A program made the translations under genes and the position numbers. 64,000 nt of DNA, from NCBI GenBank assembly GCA_963769895.1, contig CAVYNJ010000004.1, positions 5,882-69,881 on the forward strand, written 5' to 3'. Shown here one piece after another: positions 28,366-36,003 of the stretch. The stretch comes from an uncultured Gammaproteobacteria bacterium (GTDB taxonomy: Bacteria; Pseudomonadota; Gammaproteobacteria; Steroidobacterales; Steroidobacteraceae). Each line of letters starts with the position of its first letter. Within the stretch, counting starts at the first letter, position 1. The notes under the pieces were generated by a model. It worked only from the letters and a program-made list of their open reading frames with translations. It was not told the origin of the DNA and made no database searches.

Positions 28366-28824
28366 TTAGCGACCTGCGACTTCATCAAGGAGCCGGCGCA
28401 GAGTGATTATTCGGATCTCGGCGAATCGCTTTAGATTGAGCATCGCCTTATCGCCGGTGACCATGATGTCGGCGTCTCGCGAAAACTTCTCGGCCAAAAC
28501 GCCTAGAACCTCGTGGATAATGGGCTTGGATATGAATAACTCCACCCGGCCATCGATTACCATGTCGATTGCCCGCTCCGCCTGGCCGCCCTGAATCGCG
28601 AGGGCGGAGATGAAGATGTTGGTATCGAAGACCGCTTTCAACGGCGAAGGAGGCGCTCGAGTTCCCGCTCGGACAGAAAGCCGGCCGCGCGGGCGCGATC
28701 GGCGCAAAGCCCGCAGCGCGTCCTGCACCACGGCGCTAAGTGACTTATTTTCTTCGCGCGCGATGGCCTCCGCCTCGGCGGCCAGGTCTGCGGGCAGTGA
28801 AATTGCTTTTTTTTGCGGCTTTGG
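28366..28824 (-). pseudogene. decayed RHH-antitoxin / PIN-toxin module
   Basis: The RHH-like 'KKAISLPADLAAEAEAIAREENKSLSAVVQDALRAL' has no start codon and runs in-frame into a PIN_3-like toxin ('KAVFDTNIFISAL...ADIMVTGDKAML'). The toxin appears to lack its central part. The expected antitoxin C-terminus ('FLSERELERLLRR*') is in another frame. A T8/A8 tract lies at 28807-28814. Confidence 0.55.
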
Positions 28825-28963
28825 TTACGTCGAAATCCTCGGGTAATGTCCAATATCTTCTGCTGGCCGGGCGATTGCAAAATCAAATGAGCTCAATTCT
28901 CGCACTGAACATGCTTAATTATGAATTCGTACCCCACAGGAGGCAGCTCTGCTTGTAAGGCTC

Positions 28964-28981
28964 ACTAGACTGGACTAGACT
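28964..28981 (+). promoter_or_regulatory. possible operator of the Phd/VapC module (direct repeat)
   Basis: ACTAGACT gg ACTAGACT, about 25-40 nt upstream of the antitoxin start. Confidence 0.3.
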
Positions 28982-29004
28982 TAGTTCATAGATGCAGCAG
29001 TTCA

Positions 29005-29256
29005 ATGGAGGAGGGCGTGTCAAAGCCCATCAATATTCATGAAGCCAAGACCCACCTCTCGCGCTTGGTGGAACAGGCGGCTGCTGGCCAGGAAATCGTC
29101 ATTGCCAAAGCCGGCAAGCCCCTCGCTCGGCTTGTGCCGCTAGCCCTTCCCGTACGAGTCAAGAAGCTGGGCCAGCTTAAAGGGAAGATCAAGGTCCCGG
29201 ACGATTTCAACGCGCCGCTAGATGCGGCCACGTTGGCGCTGTTCGAAGGCAAGTAG
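29005..29256 (+). CDS. Phd/YefM-family antitoxin
   Basis: 'INIHEAKTHLSRLVEQAAAGQEIVIAKAGKPLARLVPL'. Confidence 0.8.
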   Translation: MEEGVSKPINIHEAKTHLSRLVEQAAAGQEIVIAKAGKPLARLVPLALPVRVKKLGQLKGKIKVPDDFNAPLDAATLALFEGK

Positions 29257-29258
29257 CG

Positions 29259-29633
29259 ATGCGCCTGCTGTTGGATACGCACGTGCTGCTCTGGGCGTTG
29301 AGCGAACCGAAGCGCATCGGGAAAGAGGGGCTGGTCCTGATTGACAGGGCAGAGGTCTATGTCAGCGCCGCATCCCTGTGGGAGATCAGCATCAAGTCTG
29401 CCCAGGGCAAATTAAAGATCAGGCCCGACGCGGTGTTGATGGCGATAGAGCCCGCGGGCTTCTCGATGTTGCCCATCACGGGCGGACACGCCGTGCGCGT
29501 ACTCGAACTAGGCATGCATCACAACGATCCTTTTGATCGAATGCTGGTGGCCCAGGCGCAGATGGAATTGATGAGTTTGCTCACCAACGACGAGACGCTG
29601 GCCGCGTACGGCAGTAGTGTGCAGGTTCTGTAA
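29259..29633 (+). CDS. vapC: PIN-domain toxin (VapC)
   Basis: 'MRLLLDTHVLLWAL...ASLWEISIK' and 'HNDPFDRMLVAQA'. The start is 3 nt after the antitoxin stop. Confidence 0.85.
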   Translation: MRLLLDTHVLLWALSEPKRIGKEGLVLIDRAEVYVSAASLWEISIKSAQGKLKIRPDAVLMAIEPAGFSMLPITGGHAVRVLELGMHHNDPFDRMLVAQAQMELMSLLTNDETLAAYGSSVQVL

Positions 29634-29784
29634 TACGGCATGATGTTATCTACGTTGGTATCGCCCACGCCCGTGGCCCGCAAAAAATTCGCGAGCTCAC
29701 CGGTGGATACGCGCCTCGATTTTTTGCAGATCCGTCCGTGGTCATTTCCAAATCGGTGCAACCGCCAATTTCGGACTTAGTGAG

Positions 29785-31428
29785 TTACAATTGATCGAGG
29801 CGCCGCGGCCGTGCACCGACCAAATGAGTGGTCTTTGGTCCATCGCCAAGTTGAAAGCGCCGAACGACCTGTTCGATGAGGTGATCGGCCTTCGTCACGC
29901 GCTGGTGCTGCCGGAGGTGATCCAGCCATGAGTCCATCAAAAAGGTCTCGATGAAACGGCCTTCCTTCGCAGGATCCTCGAATACACCCCAATCATAAGC
30001 GCCGTCTCGACGACGCACGCGCGCGCTGCGCCCGAGCGCCTGAAGAAACGGCTCGCGTTCTTTCGGATCGATGTGGTATTCGACTGTCACGAGCACGGGT
30101 CCAAGGTCAGGCTCGATCGCACGGGTTGTGATTGGGGCCGGCCAGTGCATCGAGGGCGACAGATCCTCCACCGCGCCAGTCTGAACCTTCCACGTCCGCG
30201 TGAGCGGAATCGCGATGATCGCACCCGCCGCTGCGATGAGAAGCGCTGTGGTTAACCCGACCATGGCCGCAAGCTCGCCCCAGATCGCGCTGCCAATCGT
30301 CAGTGCACCGAACATGACCGTCACGTATACCGCGAGGCCTCGGCCACGGACCCATTCCGGCAACGCAAGCTGTGCGGACACATTGAGGCTTGCCACGGCA
30401 CAGATCCACGATGCACCCGCGATGAGACTGGCCGCAATAGCAGTTGTGGCATCATGGGCAAGGGCAAACAACCCCGTCGCCACCGCGCTTGCCAGCGTAG
30501 CGATCGAGACGAGCCGGTCTGCGCCCAACTTCTCTCTGAGCCATCGCAGCAGAAATGCGCCGCCCACAGCCGAGGCGCCAATGATGCCGAGCAATGACCC
30601 GTACAGCGCAGGGCCTCCGCCAATCTGGCTGCGTGTGACCAGCGGCAATAGCGCCCAGTAAGCGCTGCCGAAGATGAAGAATGCCGTCGCCCGGATCAGG
30701 GTCGCGCTGAGGTTCGGGTTGTATCGCGCGTGCCGAAGACCCGCGCGCATGGCATTACCGAAACGCTCGGGTGGCAGGGGCGTGCCGCTTTTGTTTTTCG
30801 GCAAGCGCCACCGCACGAGGGCCACGATGACGCCTAAGTTACTGAATCCATTGACCCAGAACGGCGCCGCAATTCCCATCGCCCCGACAAGGAAACCGCC
30901 GATTGCCGGTCCGACGGCGCGGCTGACATTGATGCCCACGCTGTTTGCCGCTACAGCGGCCGGCAGATCCGGTTTCGGCACAAGTTCCGGCACTACCGCC
31001 TGCCACCCTGGGGCCGTGATGGCTGAGCCCACGGTCACGATGAAGCTGAAGACCAACAGGCTGGCTGGTGTGATGAGGTGAAGCCAAACGAGCGCGGCGA
31101 AGGCGGTCGAAGTAACCATGATCGCCGACTCGCCGAAGATCAAAAGGCGGCGACGGTCCACGATGTCCGCAAGCGCACCCGCCGGAATCGCGAATAGAAA
31201 CATTGGCAGACTGTTGGCTACCTGCACCAAGGAAACGATGAACGGGTCTGGGTCGAGGCTCGTCATGAGCCAACCCGATGCGACGCTGTACATCCAGCCG
31301 CCGATGTTCGAGATCACGGTCGCGACCCAAATCACCGCGAATGTCCGATTGCGAAATGGCGCCCACGCGGTTGCAGCCATGGGCGGCGGGACGCTGGCCG
31401 GAAATCGCTTCGCTGGAGGGGCGTTCAT
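29785..31428 (-). CDS. MFS transporter (EntS/MFS_3-like) with a C-terminal ~110-aa soluble extension
   Basis: About 12 TM helices, then 'VLVTVEYHIDPKEREPFLQAL...GAYDWGVFEDPAKEGRFIETFLMDSWLDHLRQHQRVT', which looks like an ABM/Dabb-fold domain. Confidence 0.8.
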   Translation of the reverse strand: MNAPPAKRFPASVPPPMAATAWAPFRNRTFAVIWVATVISNIGGWMYSVASGWLMTSLDPDPFIVSLVQVANSLPMFLFAIPAGALADIVDRRRLLIFGESAIMVTSTAFAALVWLHLITPASLLVFSFIVTVGSAITAPGWQAVVPELVPKPDLPAAVAANSVGINVSRAVGPAIGGFLVGAMGIAAPFWVNGFSNLGVIVALVRWRLPKNKSGTPLPPERFGNAMRAGLRHARYNPNLSATLIRATAFFIFGSAYWALLPLVTRSQIGGGPALYGSLLGIIGASAVGGAFLLRWLREKLGADRLVSIATLASAVATGLFALAHDATTAIAASLIAGASWICAVASLNVSAQLALPEWVRGRGLAVYVTVMFGALTIGSAIWGELAAMVGLTTALLIAAAGAIIAIPLTRTWKVQTGAVEDLSPSMHWPAPITTRAIEPDLGPVLVTVEYHIDPKEREPFLQALGRSARVRRRDGAYDWGVFEDPAKEGRFIETFLMDSWLDHLRQHQRVTKADHLIEQVVRRFQLGDGPKTTHLVGARPRRLDQL

Positions 31429-31726
31429 CCATGTTGTCCAAAATCAGTTGGAAAATCATGCTAACTTGAAGCAAGGCTTATTGCGCGCCGTTTCCGGGGA
31501 TGAAGTCCGCTGTCGCCTCTCTCTCAATGAAGGCAGTCTTGCGGCGGAAGAAGATAGCTTTGGGGTCGCCCGTCTGAGGCTTGCGAGACTTTAGCAGCCG
31601 TCAGTCCTGCTCCGTAATGCTCAGTCGTGACAAATGAAACGATTTCCCGGCGGCGGTTGTTTTCTAAGACACTGAATCTCAAAGAATAAATTCATCTCGA
31701 AATCGAGTATGTCGAATTTCACTTAT

Positions 31727-31769
31727 CTTCGAACCAGGGGGCCGGGGGTTCGAGTCCCTCCGGGCGCGC
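31727..31769 (+). repeat. tRNA-Arg(UCG)-like 3' half, att-like fragment, copy 3
   Basis: 43 nt identical to 4877-4919 (CTTCGAACCAGGGGGCCGGGGGTTCGAGTCCCTCCGGGCGCGC). It lacks CCA, and the upstream sequence cannot supply a 5' half. Confidence 0.75.
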
Positions 31770-31794
31770 GAATGCCGAACATCGGTTGCCTGCC

Positions 31795-31860
31795 AGTCGA
31801 TTGCCATTGCAGCGGGCCGCACCGCTCGAACGAAAGATGCATGATTACCAATTCGCACCC
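31795..31860 (+). repeat. junction repeat family, copy C
   Basis: AGTCGATTGCCATTGCAGCGGGCC...CTCGAACGAAAGATGCATGATTACCAATTCGCACCC. It begins 26 nt after tRNA fragment copy 3. Confidence 0.5.
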
Positions 31861-31951
31861 CGTAGGCATTTACGCGCGCGGGGCCTCTGAGCCCTATATT
31901 TGTCAACGCCAAATATCTATATGGCTGACCGTCTGCGAGGCTGTCAGGGGT

Positions 31952-32443
31952 CTACGTGGCAATCCGCTCGCATTCCTTGGCACAGGCGGCACAGCTATCA
32001 CGACAGGTGCGACAGACTAGGTGCTCCTCATGCTTCTTGCATTCGGCCTCGCAGTCTCGACAGATCCTTCCGCATACCCCTGCCAACTCGCCGACACGCG
32101 GCGCGTTGCGAACGGCGAGTTCACGAAGCGCCGTACACGCTGATATGACATCCTGCGCCGTCAGCGCGCAATTCTTCATCTCGGTATTGCCCATCGTCAG
32201 CTGCCCAATGCAATGGGCGAGACAGGCTTCTGCCGTGTCGACACATCGCGAAGTGTCCGCGACCAACTGACCATAGTGAGTGCCCATCGCGGGTTCACCC
32301 GGTCTCGCCTTCGCCCCGCCCATTCCCGGCATATTCGTCATGTCTTTCGCATCGGCATTCTCGGGTTGCCTCGCGAGAACCTCCGTACCGATGCTCAATA
32401 GGCCCGTAGCCAACACGAGTTCCATCAATTCGCGTCTGTCCAT
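31952..32443 (-). CDS. Cys-rich four-helix-bundle copper-binding protein (DUF326-type), Tat signal
   Basis: 'MDRRELMELVLATGLL' is Tat-like. Repeated Cys motifs: 'CLAHCIGQL', 'CALTAQDVISACTAL', 'GVCGRICRDCEAECKKH', 'CRTCRDSCAACAKEC'. Confidence 0.8.
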   Translation of the reverse strand: MDRRELMELVLATGLLSIGTEVLARQPENADAKDMTNMPGMGGAKARPGEPAMGTHYGQLVADTSRCVDTAEACLAHCIGQLTMGNTEMKNCALTAQDVISACTALRELAVRNAPRVGELAGVCGRICRDCEAECKKHEEHLVCRTCRDSCAACAKECERIAT

Positions 32444-32751
32444 GTCCGCGCCCTCCCGGTGAGTCCGCGCGCATTATGACATAAGGGCGATTCGTGCTGT
32501 AATCACGGCTCTTTAGGCGGGCGCGAACAAGCAGCGTCGGGCGCAAGAGGTCGGCTGCGCCACGATCGCTTTAAATCCGTTCGTGGTTCAAATCCGAATC
32601 AATTCCGTCGCCGCGCTGGGACTCCTTACTGCATCCGAACCTAGTGAGCTGTCGCGATCGAATGATTGCCGGAAACACCCGCCAATTTACATGGCGAACG
32701 GAGTTCTGATAAGGTCCGCGTGCCAGCTCCGGGGCGAAATCGATCGGTCGA

Positions 32752-33066
32752 ATGAAACGAGCGTATAAAGCACTAGGCCTCCTGTTGCTGCTGATCATGA
32801 CGCAGCAGGGCGCGGTCTTGCACGAACTCGGGCATCTGTTTGGCGCGATTCGTTCCGAGGTCCGGGTCGATGTGCCCGCCAGCGTCGAAACGGCTTGTCC
32901 GCTCTGTGCGGAATTCGCGCAAGCCATCACGCCGGCATTCAGCCACACGTTCGAAATTCCGACCATCGATCTTGCCGAACCGGAACTGGGCGCTGACCGC
33001 GGTCATTCGGCGATCACCGCGGCCGTTCCGACTCCCCGCAGCCGCGGACCTCCTTCCTTCAGCTGA
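32752..33066 (+). CDS. small exported His/Cys protein (DUF2946-like context)
   Basis: An N-terminal hydrophobic segment, 'LHELGHL', 'CPLCAEF', and a C-terminal '...PRSRGPP' like the downstream paralogue. Confidence 0.5.
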   Translation: MKRAYKALGLLLLLIMTQQGAVLHELGHLFGAIRSEVRVDVPASVETACPLCAEFAQAITPAFSHTFEIPTIDLAEPELGADRGHSAITAAVPTPRSRGPPSFS

Positions 33067-33141
33067 ATCGAGTAATCGAACGTTAAGTCGACCGCGCTAT
33101 GCGCGGCGGTTCAATTCATTCAGCTTTTAGGAGATAACTTG

Positions 33142-35316
33142 ATGTCCAGAATTTCCATTCTGGCCGTGGTGAGCAGCATCGCTACGACCAGCCTTTCGAT
33201 ATTGATCGGTTCAACCGCCTCTGCGCAAGCGGCGGACCCTCCGACCCTCGCTCCGATCGTCGTCACGGCGCAGCACTTGGATGAGGGGCGTGCGCGCATC
33301 CAGACCCAGACCGGCGCCTCGACCTACACGATCAACGCCGCCGCGATCGCGGCGACGCCGGGAGGGGACAATACGCTCCTCAATCAGGTGGTCATGCAGG
33401 CACCCGACGTTGCGCAGGATTCGTTCGGGCAGTTTCATGTGCGCGGCGAACACAACGGTCTGCAATATCGCCTGAATGGCATCATCTTGCCCGAAGGCAT
33501 CAGCGTTTTTGGGCAGTCGCTCGATCCGCGGCTGATCTCCTCGATGAGCCTGATTACCGGTGCGCTGCCGGCTGAGTACGGACTGCGCACGGCGGGCATC
33601 ATCGATCTGACCACCAAGAGCGGCATACAGCACCCGGGCGGGGCGCTCGCCATCTACGGCGGCAGTCACGGCGATATCGAACCGAGCTTCAATTACGGCG
33701 GCGGCTCCGGCGGATTCAGCTATTTCGTCTCGGGAGATTTCTTGCGCAACGATCTCGGCGTCGAATCCCCCGACGGCAGCTCGAACCCGATTCACGATCA
33801 CACGACGCAGTATCACGGCTTCGGCTATTTCGAAGACATCTTGAACGACCAGAACCGTGTGGCGCTGATGCTCGGCAGTTCCGTCGGCAAGTTCCAGATT
33901 CCGAACCTGTACGGGGTGGAACCGTCGCTCGGGCTCACGGTCAACGGCCAGACGAGCTATCCAAGCCAGGCGCTCGACGAGAACCAGCGCGAGGTAACCC
34001 AGTTCGGCGCGCTGAGCTGGCAACATTCCGCCGGCGCCTTGGATTTGCAGAGCTCGGTCATCGCCCGTTACTCGAGCTTGAGGTTCGTGCCCGATCCGCT
34101 CGGCGATCTGCTGTTCACCGGGATCGCGCAGGACGCCTACAAGCAAAATGTCGCCTACGCCGCGCAGAGCGATGCTGCCTACCGTCTCAACGACTTACAT
34201 ACTTTGCGGGCCGGGATCTTCCTGCAGAGCGACCATTCGATCAGCCAGACGAGCTCCGAGGTCCTCGCGACCGACAGCCTCGGCAATCCGCTGACCGATA
34301 TACCGACGACGATCGTCGACGACGGCTCGAAGACCGAGCAGATCGAAAGTGCCTACTTGCAGGATGAGTGGAAGATGACGCCCGCGTTCACGCTCAACTA
34401 CGGCTTGCGGTTCGATCACTTCACGGCCTACACCAGCGCGAGTCAGGCGAGTCCGCGCTTGAACGCCGTGTGGCAAATCGCACCGCAGACGACGCTGCAC
34501 GCGGGTTATTCGCGGTATCTGTCGCCGCCGCCGTTCGAGCTCGTCGGTGCGAAGGACATCGCGCTGTTCCAGAACACGACGTCGGCGCCGGCCGTCTCCC
34601 TCGCGGACGCCCCGTTGCCGGAGAAGGCCAACTACTACGACCTCGGCGTCGAGCAGAAGGTCAACCAAGAATTCACGGTGGGTCTCGATACCTATTACAA
34701 GCAATCGGTGAACCTGATCGATGAGGGCCAGTTCGGCGCGCCGATCATCCTGACGCCATTCAATTATCGATACGGCAAACAGTACGGCGCCGAGTTCACC
34801 GCTAACTTCACGGCGAACGGTTTCACGGCCTACCTCAATCTCGCGGCGCAAAGCGCCAAGGGCAAACAAATCACGTCGGCGCAGTTCAACTTCGCGCCGG
34901 AAGATCTCGCCTATATCGCCAGCAACTATATTCACCTCGATCACGAACAGCAGAAAACCGCCTCCGGTGGTGTTTCCTACCTATGGCACGACACCCGCTT
35001 CAGCGCGGATTTCCTCTGGGGCTCGGGGCTGCGCGCGAGTCTGGATTTGCCGCCCGGCGTCACGACCGCCTATGGCGGCACGAGCATTCCGAACGGTGAG
35101 CACCTGCCGTATTACGCGCAGGTCAACACCGGTCTCACCCACGTGTTCAGAATCCCGGGGGAGGGGACTCTGACCGCGCGCTTCGACGTGATCAACCTCT
35201 TCGACAAGGAATATCAGATTCGAAACGGCACAGGAATCGGCGTCGGCGCGCCTCAGTATGGGCCGCGACGCGGCTTTTTCGTCGGCTTGTCGAAATCCAT
35301 TGGACCGGCCATGTGA
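33142..35316 (+). CDS. TonB-dependent receptor (context suggests metal/copper uptake)
   Basis: AGGAGA lies 7 nt before the ATG. Signal peptide, plug 'LAPIVVTAQH...', and a barrel ending in an aromatic-rich C-terminus. Confidence 0.85.
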   Translation: MSRISILAVVSSIATTSLSILIGSTASAQAADPPTLAPIVVTAQHLDEGRARIQTQTGASTYTINAAAIAATPGGDNTLLNQVVMQAPDVAQDSFGQFHVRGEHNGLQYRLNGIILPEGISVFGQSLDPRLISSMSLITGALPAEYGLRTAGIIDLTTKSGIQHPGGALAIYGGSHGDIEPSFNYGGGSGGFSYFVSGDFLRNDLGVESPDGSSNPIHDHTTQYHGFGYFEDILNDQNRVALMLGSSVGKFQIPNLYGVEPSLGLTVNGQTSYPSQALDENQREVTQFGALSWQHSAGALDLQSSVIARYSSLRFVPDPLGDLLFTGIAQDAYKQNVAYAAQSDAAYRLNDLHTLRAGIFLQSDHSISQTSSEVLATDSLGNPLTDIPTTIVDDGSKTEQIESAYLQDEWKMTPAFTLNYGLRFDHFTAYTSASQASPRLNAVWQIAPQTTLHAGYSRYLSPPPFELVGAKDIALFQNTTSAPAVSLADAPLPEKANYYDLGVEQKVNQEFTVGLDTYYKQSVNLIDEGQFGAPIILTPFNYRYGKQYGAEFTANFTANGFTAYLNLAAQSAKGKQITSAQFNFAPEDLAYIASNYIHLDHEQQKTASGGVSYLWHDTRFSADFLWGSGLRASLDLPPGVTTAYGGTSIPNGEHLPYYAQVNTGLTHVFRIPGEGTLTARFDVINLFDKEYQIRNGTGIGVGAPQYGPRRGFFVGLSKSIGPAM

Positions 35317-35532
35317 CCTCGTACTATTTGGACCGGTGGCTTGGGAGGCGGCGGAGATCAGACACCGCCGTCTCCGCCGATCCGTCGTTGCTTCCTTGTG
35401 TTATGTCAGTCGCGAGCCGGGCGGCGGGGACCGCTACGGTGTTTACCCCACGCCAGCTACGGTGTTTTTAATGCGTGTGTGCACCCGGACCGATTGTCAA
35501 AGTACGCCTTGATAGGGCAAAGTGCTGCTTGT

Positions 35533-35913
35533 ATGGACCGAAATGGGCCAAATTTTCTCAAGCGGTCGGTGCGCGGACGGCTAGTCGTTCTCGCGCTGGT
35601 CGGCGTAATCGCGCGCGGCTTGATACCAGTGGGATTCATGCCGGGCTCGGTCGATGGCCACCCGCAGCTCGTGATTTGCAATGGCCACATGGCCGGAATG
35701 GTCCATCTCGGCCATCATGATCATTCCGGCACGAATGCGGACCTCCTGTGTCCGTATGCACATAGCGGGGGCGCCGCACCCCTGCACTCGGTTCCGGCGC
35801 TAGCCTCGGCCTACGCAACGGTTATCATCGTGGTGCCGCTCATCGAGCGCACCATCCCTGTAGAAGCTCCGCCTCGCTATACCGCTCCTCGCGGTCCCCC
35901 GTCCGTCGCCTAA
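35533..35913 (+). CDS. DUF2946-like small membrane/periplasmic protein
   Basis: 'GFMPGSVDGHPQLVICNGHMAGMVHLGHHDH...LLCPYAHSGG' and a C-terminal 'APRGPP'. His/Cys-rich. The internal ATG is chosen because the upstream part of the ORF has no coding character. Confidence 0.6.
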   Translation: MDRNGPNFLKRSVRGRLVVLALVGVIARGLIPVGFMPGSVDGHPQLVICNGHMAGMVHLGHHDHSGTNADLLCPYAHSGGAAPLHSVPALASAYATVIIVVPLIERTIPVEAPPRYTAPRGPPSVA

Positions 35914-36003
35914 GCTTTGTAGAGCACGCGTCTTACGACCCCGCTTCGGCTACGGCTGACGGGGCGCGCGAGTCGTCCGTCGGCAATTTATTCGGGGATC
36001 ATC

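Noticed and set aside
35349-35379. 9-bp inverted repeat CGGCGGAGA(N13)TCTCCGCCG after the TonB receptor gene, as a possible terminator
   Set aside because: It has a large loop and no downstream T-tract. It may be an attenuating hairpin but is not convincing enough to annotate.
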